This document shows positions 1-11,597 of a stretch of DNA of 64,000 bases, piece by piece. The position numbers and the translations under genes are program-made. Below the pieces are notes generated by a model that did no database searches, was not told where the DNA came from, and was given only the letters and a program-made list of their open reading frames with translations. Position 1 is the stretch's first letter. Each line of letters begins with the position of its first letter. The DNA is from Calcarisporiella thermophila CBS 279.70 (Eukaryota > Fungi > Calcarisporiellomycota): contig NW_027192200.1 in NCBI RefSeq assembly GCF_041956535.1, positions 46,042 through 110,041 on the forward strand, written 5' to 3'.

Positions 1-1361
1 CACCTATGCCATATAGTGCCTCGCCTGCTGGTGCATCTCCTGCTGGTGCCTCACCAATGTCGCTGGTGAGTCGCCTATGCCTTCTGGTGCCTCGCCTGCT
101 GGTGCTTCTCCTGCCGGCACTTCTCCCGCTGGCGCTTCATCTATGCCTGCTGGTGCCTCTCCTGCCGGAACAACGCCAAAATGGATCGAGTTTGCCTCCT
201 GAAGTTTTAGCTATGCTTAGTCAGATATTAGCCAGATTACCTCCAACACCAGTGCCTTCCGGAGCATCATCGATGCCTGCTGGTGCTTCTCCTGCCGGTG
301 CTTCTCCTGCCGGTGCTTCTTCTATGCCTACTGGCGCATCTCCTGCTGGTACCTCGCCAATGTCTGCTGGTGAGTCACCTATGCCCTATGGTGCCTCGCC
401 TGCCGGTGCTTCTCCTGCTGGCGCTTCTCCAATGTCCAGCACCTCTCCAATGTCCGCTGGTGGATCATCTATGCCTGCTGCTGCTTCACCAATGTCGGCT
501 GAATCATCACAAATACCCTCTGGCGCTTCGCCTATGCCTGCTGCTGCGTCACCAAAGCCAATTAATACGCAATCCATGTCCCCTGATATAACGAATTTAC
601 TTAATCAGATAATAATGATGCTTTCGAGGCCATCCCCGCAAGGAGGTTCCGCAATGCCTGGTGGCAGTTCACCATCAAAGTCTTCTGATATAATGAATTT
701 GCTCAATCAGATCATTATAATGCTTTCATCCCCGCAAGGAGCTTCCGCAATGCCTGGTGGCAGTTCACCATCAATGTCTCCTGATATTTTGAATTTACTC
801 AAACAAATCTTGGCAATGCTTTCATCCCCACAAGGAGGCCCTGCATCGCCTGGAGCATTATCTAGTCCGTCTGGTGCTGCACCTATGCCCTCCGGTGCTT
901 CTTCATCTACGCCTGCTGGTGCGCCTTCTACCTCTCCCGACATATTAGCCCTACTCAATCAAATAATTGCAATGCTTTCAAAATCGCCACAGCAAGGAAG
1001 CTCCCCGATGCCAGCGGGTGCTTCACCTATGCCAGCAGGGGCCAACTCTAAACCAACTGGAGGTTCATCCATGCCTGCAAGCTCGCCTTCTACTTCCCCT
1101 GATATACTTGCACTTCTCAATCAGATCATTGCACTACTCTCCAAACAACCACAACAAGGAAGCGCCCCGATGCCTACAGGATCAACTCAGAAGCCAGCAG
1201 CAGCGCCGTCGAATCCTGCCGGTTCTCCGATGAATTCTAATGGTCCTGCAATGCCCACAAAACCTGCCACTTCACCCTCTAGGAAGCTTAGAACCAAAAC
1301 TATAACTTTAACCCAAACCAGAGCAGCACCCAGCGCGTCTCCACGACAACTTCATGCTTAG
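1..1361 (+). CDS. Low-complexity Pro/Ala/Ser/Gly/Met repeat protein (GASPA/SPMPA repeats with recurring amphipathic SPDILxLLNQIIxMLS helices); probably 5'-truncated by the window edge
   Basis: ORF 6..1361. The repeat reading frame is already open at base 1. About 6 copies of the helix motif, and DNA-level tandem duplications around 640-830. Stop TAG at 1359-1361. Confidence 0.7.
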   Translation, partial: PMPYSASPAGASPAGASPMSLVSRLCLLVPRLLVLLLPALLPLALHLCLLVPLLPEQRQNGSSLPPEVLAMLSQILARLPPTPVPSGASSMPAGASPAGASPAGASSMPTGASPAGTSPMSAGESPMPYGASPAGASPAGASPMSSTSPMSAGGSSMPAAASPMSAESSQIPSGASPMPAAASPKPINTQSMSPDITNLLNQIIMMLSRPSPQGGSAMPGGSSPSKSSDIMNLLNQIIIMLSSPQGASAMPGGSSPSMSPDILNLLKQILAMLSSPQGGPASPGALSSPSGAAPMPSGASSSTPAGAPSTSPDILALLNQIIAMLSKSPQQGSSPMPAGASPMPAGANSKPTGGSSMPASSPSTSPDILALLNQIIALLSKQPQQGSAPMPTGSTQKPAAAPSNPAGSPMNSNGPAMPTKPATSPSRKLRTKTITLTQTRAAPSASPRQLHA

Positions 1362-2227
1362 TTTATGATGTGTGTAGATAAATGAGGATAAATAGATACA
1401 AAAACAAGTTGTTTTTTTTTTAATACAATATAATAAATTAATTGTTACTCGCTATCCATTTATTCCAACATAAGACGCCTTTTATCATACTTCGTAAATG
1501 TATCTCAACATTATATGCATTATAAGAATAATATAGGCTTTTAGACTATGATTATGTATATACGCTCAAGCAACAGTGAGTAGAGAAAACTGCAACTGAA
1601 AATTTTTGATCTATTATAAAAGCTTCGATATTATCAATAATACTTGAAATAACTTCATTTGCAAATACAGGCTATTATGTTATTTGATAACTACACTTCA
1701 TATTAATAAAATTTAAGTATTGCGTTTAACTAGCTGGTTTCTAAATGGTGATTCCAAAGAAGGATAAAATAAGGAAAGTATAGGTAATTCAGTGACTCTA
1801 GACCAAGTCAAAATACGAGAGTCTCAGAATGCTGTATAGTGTATTTACCAATTTCTCTGGCAAATACTCATCTACATTGAGACAAGACACTTTACACACT
1901 ATTAATATTCGGTACACATTGTGATGATATAAACAAAATTTGGTCGATTTTTATGGATTTGAAACAGATACTAAGGTGCAGGCTTAACTCAATAATATTG
2001 GCGTCTGTAAACAAAAATAATGGATTATTTTTAATCTTTCACATCTCCTGCTATATTACAAGCATTTTCTATTAAACCTATACTACTGGAGCTTATCTCT
2101 AAGAATAAATCTGTCAAAAATTTTATTAAAAAAAAAGAAATCATTAACGCCCAAAAAAATGAAATGTGAAATGGTAAAAATAAAAAACGAAAATAGAAAA
2201 TAAAGATAAATGCTATTTTCCAACTCT

Positions 2228-5200
2228 TTATTCACTCTCGTCCTCGTCACTCTCCTCCCCACCAGGTACAACCTTCAGTTCAAAATCAAACTCTTGATCG
2301 CATCCCATGTATGAGTCGCACATGAAATAAATTCGAAGCTTATGTACACCCTCGCGGCTAGGTGCCGAAAATTCGAGTTTTGTTGCAAGTTGACGCTGTA
2401 CAGTAACACGCTTAATCGCAAGCAGCGATTTAGTGGCAGGATCGCTGACTACAATCCACCAGCTCTCATCCTTTTTGTGTGGGAAGAAGGGTGCCACCAC
2501 AGATGTCAAAGAGTTCTCGTCTTCATCTTCATCACTCTCACGCTCGAGTTTCACACGCAACGGGACTGATTCTCCTGTCTGCACTTCCTCGTTCTCTCCG
2601 TCGCCAACTTCGAATCCAAGCTCAATATTCGGATAGGCGTTCACGAAGCGAGCGACCTGCCTCATGCGTGCAGAGTCAATCCCTTTCAAGAGCTCATTGC
2701 GATCTGCATCATCAAGTTCTATCAGATCAAAAACGGACTCTACCCCACGTTCAGTGCACCGAGCAATAATGGCGTCTGTAAAGTGAGGAATTTGTTTCAG
2801 AGGAGAGTCGCGGTCCCATGCAGCCTGCACGCACATTTGTGCGAGCTCCATTGCGGCGAGAGCAGGCGATAGCCAACCGCTTGATGATATCACGTCGACG
2901 CACGCGTGTAGTAGCGGGATGATACGACCAAGTATCAGTGCCTGATCTGATTGAAGATCTGGTGGAAGCTGAATCCGCGAGAAATGAGCTTGCAACAACA
3001 AATTTGTTTTGATATGTGGCGAATTATAGCGCGGAGTCGCCAATTTGACAGGCACTCGGTCATGGACACGTCGCAACAAATCTTCTTCATGATGGCGCAT
3101 AGGAATAGATTCAAATTCAGCCGCTGAAGCAATAATTTCGAGAAGTCCCTTAATCTTAGTTCCAGCCTTGAGACTGCGGTTGAAGATCTCCACTGTCACG
3201 TAGTTAATGTTGTAGTATGCAGCAATCATACCCAGGTTCAATGGTGAAACATCTATTTCATCCTCGATAGCAATGCAGCGGGATGCTTCCAGATCATTCA
3301 GTGTCGATTCGACCAGCTCCGAGAGGTGATCGGAAAGATGCCGGTGAGATACCCCTTGCAGGTTGTAATAATTAGGATTGCGTGTCAACCGTCGATACAT
3401 GAATGTCCATGTAAGATAGTCGACAGCATCCTGTTTATTCTCAATCGTCTTCGTCACTATCTCAGCGTTGAAGTGGTTGTGGAGCTGATGGTCAAGGTGG
3501 GATTCAACAGGCAATGCTTCATAAAGGAACTTTTTGTAGAATTCTTTCTTGTTCGTCTGGCACATAAATACGCAGCGACCGGTATCGTCTAAACGGGGAC
3601 GACACGCGCGACCCATCATCTGTAGGACATCGGTGATAGAATAATCAACGTAGCGATGCTCTTTACCCTCGAAGTATTGAGCGCCCATTACAATAACCAT
3701 ATGGCAACTCATTGGGATGGCCCAAGCTGTCTCCCGAGAGGCCACTACCACCTGCACTGCGCCCGACTCAAAGAGCTGCTCTACAATACGCTTATCGCCA
3801 CGGTTTAGAGCCTCGTGGTAAAAGCCAACACCATGCTGCAGCGTTTCCGCAAGAGTTTTATCTTGCACATGGGTGAGGTGCTCTTTGATTTCTTCTGGTT
3901 TACAATGCAAGAAACGGTCATTGGCGCTATCTGCAATGCAGTAGGTAAGCAGATCAACCGCAGTCAAACGACACTGTTTCCTAGACGGCACGAACACAAT
4001 CGCGGGCTTGTTTGCAGAGTAGGTGTTGATCGCAACATAGGTTGGTTTTGTCATTGCTACCATGAGGGATGGGAAATGTGGGATATTATAACTCTGGATA
4101 TGCATCTCAAGGGGTACGGGCCGCACTGACGGATGGAAGTTAAAGACAGAGCGAGCATTCGCACCAATCCATTCACCAAGGTCGCGAGCATTTGCAAGCG
4201 ATGTGCTAAGCGCGACGATGCGGATATTGTTCTCTGTTTGCGAGGAAATGTATCTCATGCGCGAAACGATCACCTCATAAGTTGGACCGATCTCTTCGTT
4301 TCCAATCAAGTGCAACTCGTCTGCGATAAAGAGGCTTACAGTTTGCACATTCTTGCGCTGCTTCCATCGGCGAGAGATGACGTCCCACTGCGATGGTGTG
4401 CACGCGATAACATCACCACGTTCAAGCAGTTTAAGGTCAGCAGAAGTCTCGCCAGTCAAAGAAACAATTGTTTTTCCGCCGCCAATATGCCCAAACTTCT
4501 TTTGCCACTCTGCAACCCGCTGATCTATCAGTTCCTGGAAAGGTGCGACATACACACATCGTCCATGGTCGGAGTTCGACCAGAGGCGGAGCAAGGCAAA
4601 CTCTGCACAAATCGTCTGTTATAAAATAGAAACTATTAGAATTAGGTGGCCAACTAGGGTTATAAGAAATAGACATACCTTTCCGCTTCCAGTCGGTGCT
4701 CCTACAAATATATTGTCGTCACTTGTGTAGAGAGTCGTGAAGACCTGCGTCTGGATAGGATTGAACCGTTCTATCCAATCCGCATACACCTTCTCATACT
4801 CCGGATTTCGCAGAGCGGAGACCGGTAGAGGCTGCAAGTCGATGAGTTCGGTGTGAGGAGGATATTTTTCAGGTGGAATCAAGTGCTTGAATGAGATGGG
4901 CAGACGAGTCTCTGAGTGCATCCATCGGTCGGACACAACGCTCACGAAGTAGTTCGGTGGTAGAGGGTCGAAGAGGGGTACGGAAAAGTTAACACGATGC
5001 TCCTCCTCCGCATATCGCTGCTTAAGAACGAACACATCATTGTAAAGGATTATCTCGCCGTCAACATCCTCAACAAGCACCCAGAATACTTCTGCGCCTC
5101 CGTGCACTTTTTCGTCCCATTGGAAATCGGGAGTGATGGTGAGGTCAACGCTTAGAAGCGACCGAGTAATCGGCTGCACGTGAACCCGCAGTTCAAGTTT

Positions 5201-8200
5201 TGGAAACTGGTGAACAAATTTATGGATCATCTTGCCCGCTTTGGGTATCCCCACAAGCTCACCAATTTCCTGTGGGTTGAGATCATAATAGCGCTCCCAT
5301 GGGAAATCCTTCCGTTCAATCCGCTTAATCAGGTCCTGCGGCATACCTCGGAATTGTCGCAAAGGTGTCATAGAGAGCCAAGTGCGCTTTTCGACCATTT
5401 TACATAGATCAAGTGCCTTACGAGTAAGTTGTGCCCACCCACGTCTTAAGCAAATTTCGAATATAGCGCGCAAAATACGCCCCGCACTCTGAGTCACATA
5501 GACCATGTCTGATACAAGAGCAAAGCCCTCGAGACGCAGTTGCGAGATGTAAGCCTGAAGAAGCACATTGATTTTTGCCGTTGGCTCTTCCATACTCTCC
5601 TTCACTGGTATAGGCACACGTTCTAGCAGTTTGGTCAGCTCAAGCTTCTCTTCCTCACGTATGGGAATGAATCGGAACTCGTCAGAGAGCGCAAATACAC
5701 GGAAGAGTTCGATGTGGCCCATAGTTGGACGTAGATGCTGGTTGTATGAGCTCATTGAATTATGCGAAATGTAGTAGTGTGATGCGATACGGCCAAGCTC
5801 TGTAACCTGGAAACGTCCTGTTTTGCGCTCGTACTTTATCAAGTTGCAGTTGTCGAGGATGGTCGCCGCAGAATGGATAAGATCGACTCGTTTCTGCTCC
5901 AGATACTTGTCCTCTTCTCGTTCCTCGACAGAGATGCCATACAATGTAGGATTCTGCAGCATTCTCACATACAAGTAAGTATATCCAAGCCACTGTACGG
6001 CCTCATCGCGATTGCGAATAGTCCCGAGGACTATCTCTGCGTTGAGCATATCGGCAAGACGAGAGATGAGCTGACTCTCGATTGGCAATTGAGTGTTCAG
6101 CAGTGAGAGGTAGTACTGTAGTTCGGAATGTTGAGTAATAATGATGCCTTCTCCGAATGTGTCATACTGGGGTCGACCTGCACGTCCCAACATCTGGAGC
6201 ACATCCTGTGGGCTTAGCTCCACCCATCGGCCCTTTTCGGGCGAATAGATTTGAGTTCCCTTGATGATGACCGCATGTGCCGGAAGATTAACACCCCATG
6301 CAAGTGTTGCTGTCGACACGAGCACTTGGATATGTCCATCTCGGAAGAGTTCTTCAACTAAAACACGGTCTGGCCGAGTCATTCCAGCATGATGGATCGC
6401 GAATCCATAAGGAAGCAGATCTTGTAGGTTGGTATCTTTTACTGTCTGCGCCTGGTCAGTTAAGAGTTCGCGATTTGCAGAATCCTGCTTGATAAATTGC
6501 GATATCGTGTCCTTTTCAATTGCCATATCTCGGATAGCCTTGGCGGTTTTGGCGGTCTCCTTTCGTGAATGGACGAAAACGAGCACCTGATTTTTACCGG
6601 CTTGGCTCATAACTTTATCATATGTTACTTCATTCATAACCTAGTGTTGCAAAGGTCGGTTAATCCTTCTTCAATATTTACATTTTATCCTAAAAAATGC
6701 ACTCACTTGGAATCGCTTTATCGCCTTTTTCTCGGTTATCCCGACAAATTTTTGCTCCAATGGGCATGGGCGATAAGAGCTATCGAAAAAGAATAGCCCT
6801 TTTTTCGGGTCCACATGTAAAAATGTCGCGACATCTGCATAGTTCGGTAGTGTAGCCGACAGCCCCACCAGACGCACATGTTCTTGAGTTTGTTCGATTT
6901 GACGCAGTGTACGAGACACGATGCTCTCCAGGACAGGCCCACGCTCATCATGAAGCAAATGAATTTCGTCAATAATAATAAGACGGACGAGATTTGTGTA
7001 GCTGCGATCGGTTGCTTTGCGAGTTATAATGTCCCATTTCTCGGGCGTTGTGACGATAATTTGAGTCTCTGCTATCTGCTGTTTTGTGAGCTGATGGTCG
7101 CCCGTCAGCTCCGAGACTGTGATTCCATACGGCTCCAGCAGTCGACCACGAAAGTTGGAAACCATCTCTTGCACAAGGGCCTTCATTGGAGCAATATACA
7201 CGATTTTAAAGGCATCTCGGTCGATTTCCCCTGTTTCTTCGTCGCGGTATTTAGATATTTCATTAAGAATAGTGAGCATTGCCACATTTGTCTAACAAAT
7301 GATAATATTAAAAACCATTAATATGAAAAAAAGAAGTTTGGAAACAAAAATATATGCCTACCTTTCCTGCTCCAGTTGGCGCACATAGGAGCAAATTTTC
7401 ATCATCGCCAAATGCGACAGGGTATACACGACTTTGAACGCGGTTAAGAGATTCGGAATTCTTGAATGCCGCTTGCGCCCACTCTGGAAGATCCGTAATC
7501 GGAACACGTTTCTCGTCAGCCCCAAGTGGCTTTGGCTTGGGAGCGGGTACAATAATCTCCTCATAGCTTTTCGCTTTACGTTTAAATGAGCCGTCGGGCA
7601 ACTTGCAGCGTTTGTTGGACATTAGGTGCGAGCCTTGCTCAAATGCCAAAGATTCCAAATCGAGGATTGCGCGGGGAGCAACAGTGGTACCTGGTTCGAG
7701 AACGAGTTTATTCGGTAGAGGGGCCCGTTGCCTATGATCAACATCCATGGATTCTTCAGCTATTCCCCGTGCTGCACCGCCCTCTCCTTTTTGCACTCGC
7801 TCTCCACCCAGCTCTTTCAAAATCCAGCCGGCTCCCTTTTCCCGCATCTCTGCCTCTATCCGCTCTCGCTCTTCTTCACTTGACCGTTCAAGACGAGTCT
7901 TCCATACGATTAGTTCGCGATTCCGTGTCAATATGCGTACGAGGTCAAATTTGTCATAATCGAACAGAGCCATAAGTTCGTTTTCACAGTCACGTGTATT
8001 AAGCGCTTCCGAAGAGAGAATATCCATAGTTGCTTTTGTTTTCTCCTGTGCTGTGTGTGGATCCATATAGTAGGTGGCAATAAGACGCTGTAGCCAGAAG
8101 GCGTCAATATCATGTGGTGAAATTTTGTCATTAGCAGGCTTCTCGTTCTTTTCTCCATTAGCGGTGGTGACAATTTCCTCATCAGCTAACATATCACCCC

Positions 8201-8975
8201 ACCCCTCTGACTCTTCAGCATTTGCCTCGCCTTCCGGTAGAGTTGCACCAGTTTCGGTATCTTCCAAGCCCTCTTCCTCTTCGTCTTCATCCCGCACTTC
8301 GTACACATTATCTTCATCCTCTTCCTCTTCATCAAATACTACCGCAACGCCGAGTTCTCCCATCTCATCTACGCCGATATTATCGCCATCGACATCGAGC
8401 TTCATTCCTTCTCCCTCTGCGCTGTAATCTGTTATTCGCTTTCCAAGACCTACAAGTTGTGCGAACTCTTCCGATGGTAACTGAGTGCCAAGAATTTCCT
8501 CAATCTGTTTTTTTCTATCGAAATCTCGAAGCGCGTCATTTTTGAGGATGGCCAGCATCTCATCGGCCGCACTGTGGATCACCTCACGTGCTGCAGCATC
8601 ATAATATCTATTCACAAAAGCTAATATAAGATCGTACGCCTCGCGCGTCTCTTTTGTGCGTGGACGGTAGATTAGGCCCTCGATGTCTTGCGTAGCAGCA
8701 AGCACGGAGGAATAATCATATCCTCGCCGCAGACTACCTGCGCCTTCGCGTTTACGACGTTTCCTCTCCGCATCAGGCTTCTTTGGCTTCTTCTCGATCT
8801 TCTCACGCATTGCCCTCGATCCCATCTCTCGCGGGTCTATCCGACCCCAAAGTGTATCTGGCTCCCCTGATGGCTCATGATCTCGCCGTGGAAGCTCAGA
8901 TCTGTCCGCTTGAAGGACAAGATTTGAGTTGGCCGTGTACTGGTATTGATTTTTTTGGGCGATATTTTCGGCCAT
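2228..8975 (-). CDS. BRR2: U5 snRNP DExD/H helicase Brr2/SNRNP200 (two helicase+Sec63 cassettes), 4 exons: 8975-7362, 7291-6707, 6640-4679, 4615-2228
   Basis: N-terminal [18 protein letters not shown]|T, DEIHLL, second cassette APTGSGK|T and DELHL, C-terminal [14 protein letters not shown] introns at 7292-7361, 6641-6706 and 4616-4678 join the four ORFs in frame. Confidence 0.97.
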
Positions 8976-9175
8976 GATTATTTAGATCGTGATCAAAAAA
9001 AAAATAATGGAAATACGGTACTTATGTTTTGATGACGTTTTGAATTTAGTCACAAATCGGTGGCTTAGAATTTCTTTCTTCGTGTTATTTATTTTCAGAG
9101 GGGATGTGGTATAGCTAAAGTTCTTCCTCTTTTCTCGCCTCGTTTTTTCTTGTTTCAGCGACAACAAATATCGAA
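8976..9175. promoter_or_regulatory. Compact (200 bp) divergent promoter region shared by BRR2 and RPL3
   Basis: Head-to-head ATGs at 8975(-) and 9176(+). Pyrimidine tract 9121-9155 before the RPL3 ATG. Confidence 0.6.
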
Positions 9176-10558
9176 ATGGTACGTATTGTAAAGATGAAGT
9201 ATGGACTGGAGATAGCCGTTGGATTGATGGATTAGAGATGGATGGATGAATGTGTTGGATGATGGATGGATGGCAGAGAGTAGAGACAAGTTAACATGTT
9301 CACCATCAACTAATCCCTCTTCTTACACAAAACAGAGTCACCGTAAATTTGAGGCTCCTCGCCACGGTTCTCTCGGTTTCTTGCCACGCAAGCGTGCTGC
9401 TCGTCACCGTGGTCGCTGCAAGGCTTTCCCTAAGGATGACCGCTCCAAGCCCGTCCACATGACCGCTTTCCTCGGTTACAAGGCCGGTATGACCCATGTC
9501 GTGCGTGACTTGGATCGCCCTGGCTCTAGTAAGTGTTGGACTCCCTCGCATTTTGTGTTCTTACATTTTTTCTTACGTTTTCGTCTGCAGAGATGCACAA
9601 GAAGGAGATCGTCGAGGCCGTGACGGTGATTGAGACACCCCCCATGGTGGTTGTCGGTGTTGTTGGCTACGTTGAGACTCCCCGTGGTCTCCGCTCGCTC
9701 ACCACTGTTTGGGCCGAGCACTTGAGTGATGAGGTCAAGCGCCGCTTCTACAAAAACTGGTACCGCTCAAAGAAGAAGGCCTTCACCAAGTACGCCAAGA
9801 AGTACGCTGAGGGCGGCAAAGAGGTCGAGCGTGAGTTGGAGCGCATCAAGAAATACTGCTCCGTCGTCCGTGTCATTGCTCACACTCAGATGCGCAAGGT
9901 GCGCATCGGTCAGAAGAAGGCCCACTTGATGGAAATCCAGCTTAACGGTGGCAGCATCGCACAGAAGGTTGACTGGGCACGCGAACACTTCGAGAAGACC
10001 GTTGATGTGTCCTCCATCTTCGAGCAGAACGAATATATCGATGTCATCGGTGTCACAAAGGGTCACGGTTATGAGGGTGTCACCCACCGTTGGGGTACCA
10101 AGAAGCTGCCCCGTAAGACTCACCGTGGTCTCCGCAAGGTCGCCTGTATCGGTGCCTGGCATCCTTCCCGTGTCATGTACTCCGTTCCCCGTGCCGGTCA
10201 GAACGGTTACCACCACCGTACCGAGCTCAACAAGAAGATCTACCGTATCGGCAAGGGCGACGACAAGGCCAACGCCTCCACCGAGTTCGACCTTACTGAG
10301 AAGCGCATCACTCCAGTTGGTGGCTTCCCTCACTACGGTATTGTCAATGAGGATTTCGTCATGATCAAGGGTTGCTGCGTTGGTGTCAAGAAGCGTGTTC
10401 TCACCCTCCGCAAGTCTCTCCAGACCCACACAAGCCGCTTCGCTCTCGAAGAGATCAACCTCAAGTTCATCGATACCAGCTCCAAGTTCGGTCATGGTCG
10501 CTTCCAGACCGAGAGCGAGAAGAAGGCCTTCATGGGAACTCTCAAGAAGGATTTGTGA
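9176..10558 (+). CDS. RPL3: 60S ribosomal protein L3 (uL3), exons 9176-9178, 9336-9528, 9591-10558
   Basis: M|[21 protein letters not shown] ... [19 protein letters not shown]-only first coding exon followed by GTACGT; second intron GTAAGT...CAG; strong codon bias. Confidence 0.98.
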
Positions 10559-11597
10559 GCTGTTTCAAATTTCTCTTGAATTTGAAAATAAAATATTCTC
10601 TTTTCTTACATTTCTTCCATTTTCTTTTCGATGCCACCTTTTGACCCCTCCCAAAAACAAATACTGAATGAAATAAAATCATCTAATGTTTAATATGCTA
10701 AAATTCATTGAGTCCTTGTGTTGGATATAATTTCTAATAAAGGCACTTCGGAGTGGTACCGTTGAAATAACAGATAGTAATTCAAGCTAATCTGAAACCC
10801 AGGAAAGCATTTATTTTTCTCCTAGCTCATACCAACGAAACACTACATTTAATGCTCTAGATATAATAAATGGCACCACTTTTTAATCATTATAAAAATC
10901 TTTAGAATCATTATGTGGTTAGCTTGAGACTGCTAACACTGTTCCCACTACAACCAAGAGCAGCCCATAATAAGCAAATGTTCATTAAGGATGAAAACGT
11001 TTTCGTTAGTATACAACCATGGATTGAGATCTAATCAGAGTTAAAAACAACGCGAAAAAAAGAGCAAATTAATGGACATGATCCTACTTCTATTTCTTTC
11101 TCGATAAATGTAAAAATGCTCTTATCAAATTAGGCCCAAAAACACTGGGAATATCTTACTGAATGACGCCTATTAAAGTAATTATTGAAACCATCTAGCA
11201 GCTAGACCATATATGAGATCTAATAAAAGAAGCTTAATTAGCGGTAAAAATCATAAGTAGATAACATTCTTCTGCGAACTCTCGTGTATATTTTTGTTTA
11301 TGCGATTCAAGTCCAGCATATATAGTCCGATATTAAAATTCCCGCGATTGATGTTTACACTTGGAATTTATTTGATTTGGTTTTACCACAAAATATTGAT
11401 AATGTGGAAGAATCCATAGCATAGAGGATGAGGTTATAGATACAATAATAAAATATTAATATGTATTGTGTTTACAAATCAAATCGCATTATATTTAAGC
11501 TAAATAATAAACGAAAGTGTAGCAAAAAGAAAGTATTTAGCTGCAAGGAGAGGGCCGGGGGGAAAAGTGAAAAAACACTCTCTAGAACACATCTCCT

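Noticed and set aside
1-1260. CRISPR-like or noncoding repeat array
   Set aside because: Repeats are degenerate at third codon positions and encode a peptide repeat; the context is eukaryotic.
9179-9335. Intronic C/D snoRNA in RPL3 (as in vertebrates)
   Set aside because: No CTGA box D in the intron.
9767-10495. 242-aa antisense ORF over RPL3
   Set aside because: Expected shadow of strong codon bias in a highly expressed gene; no independent protein features.
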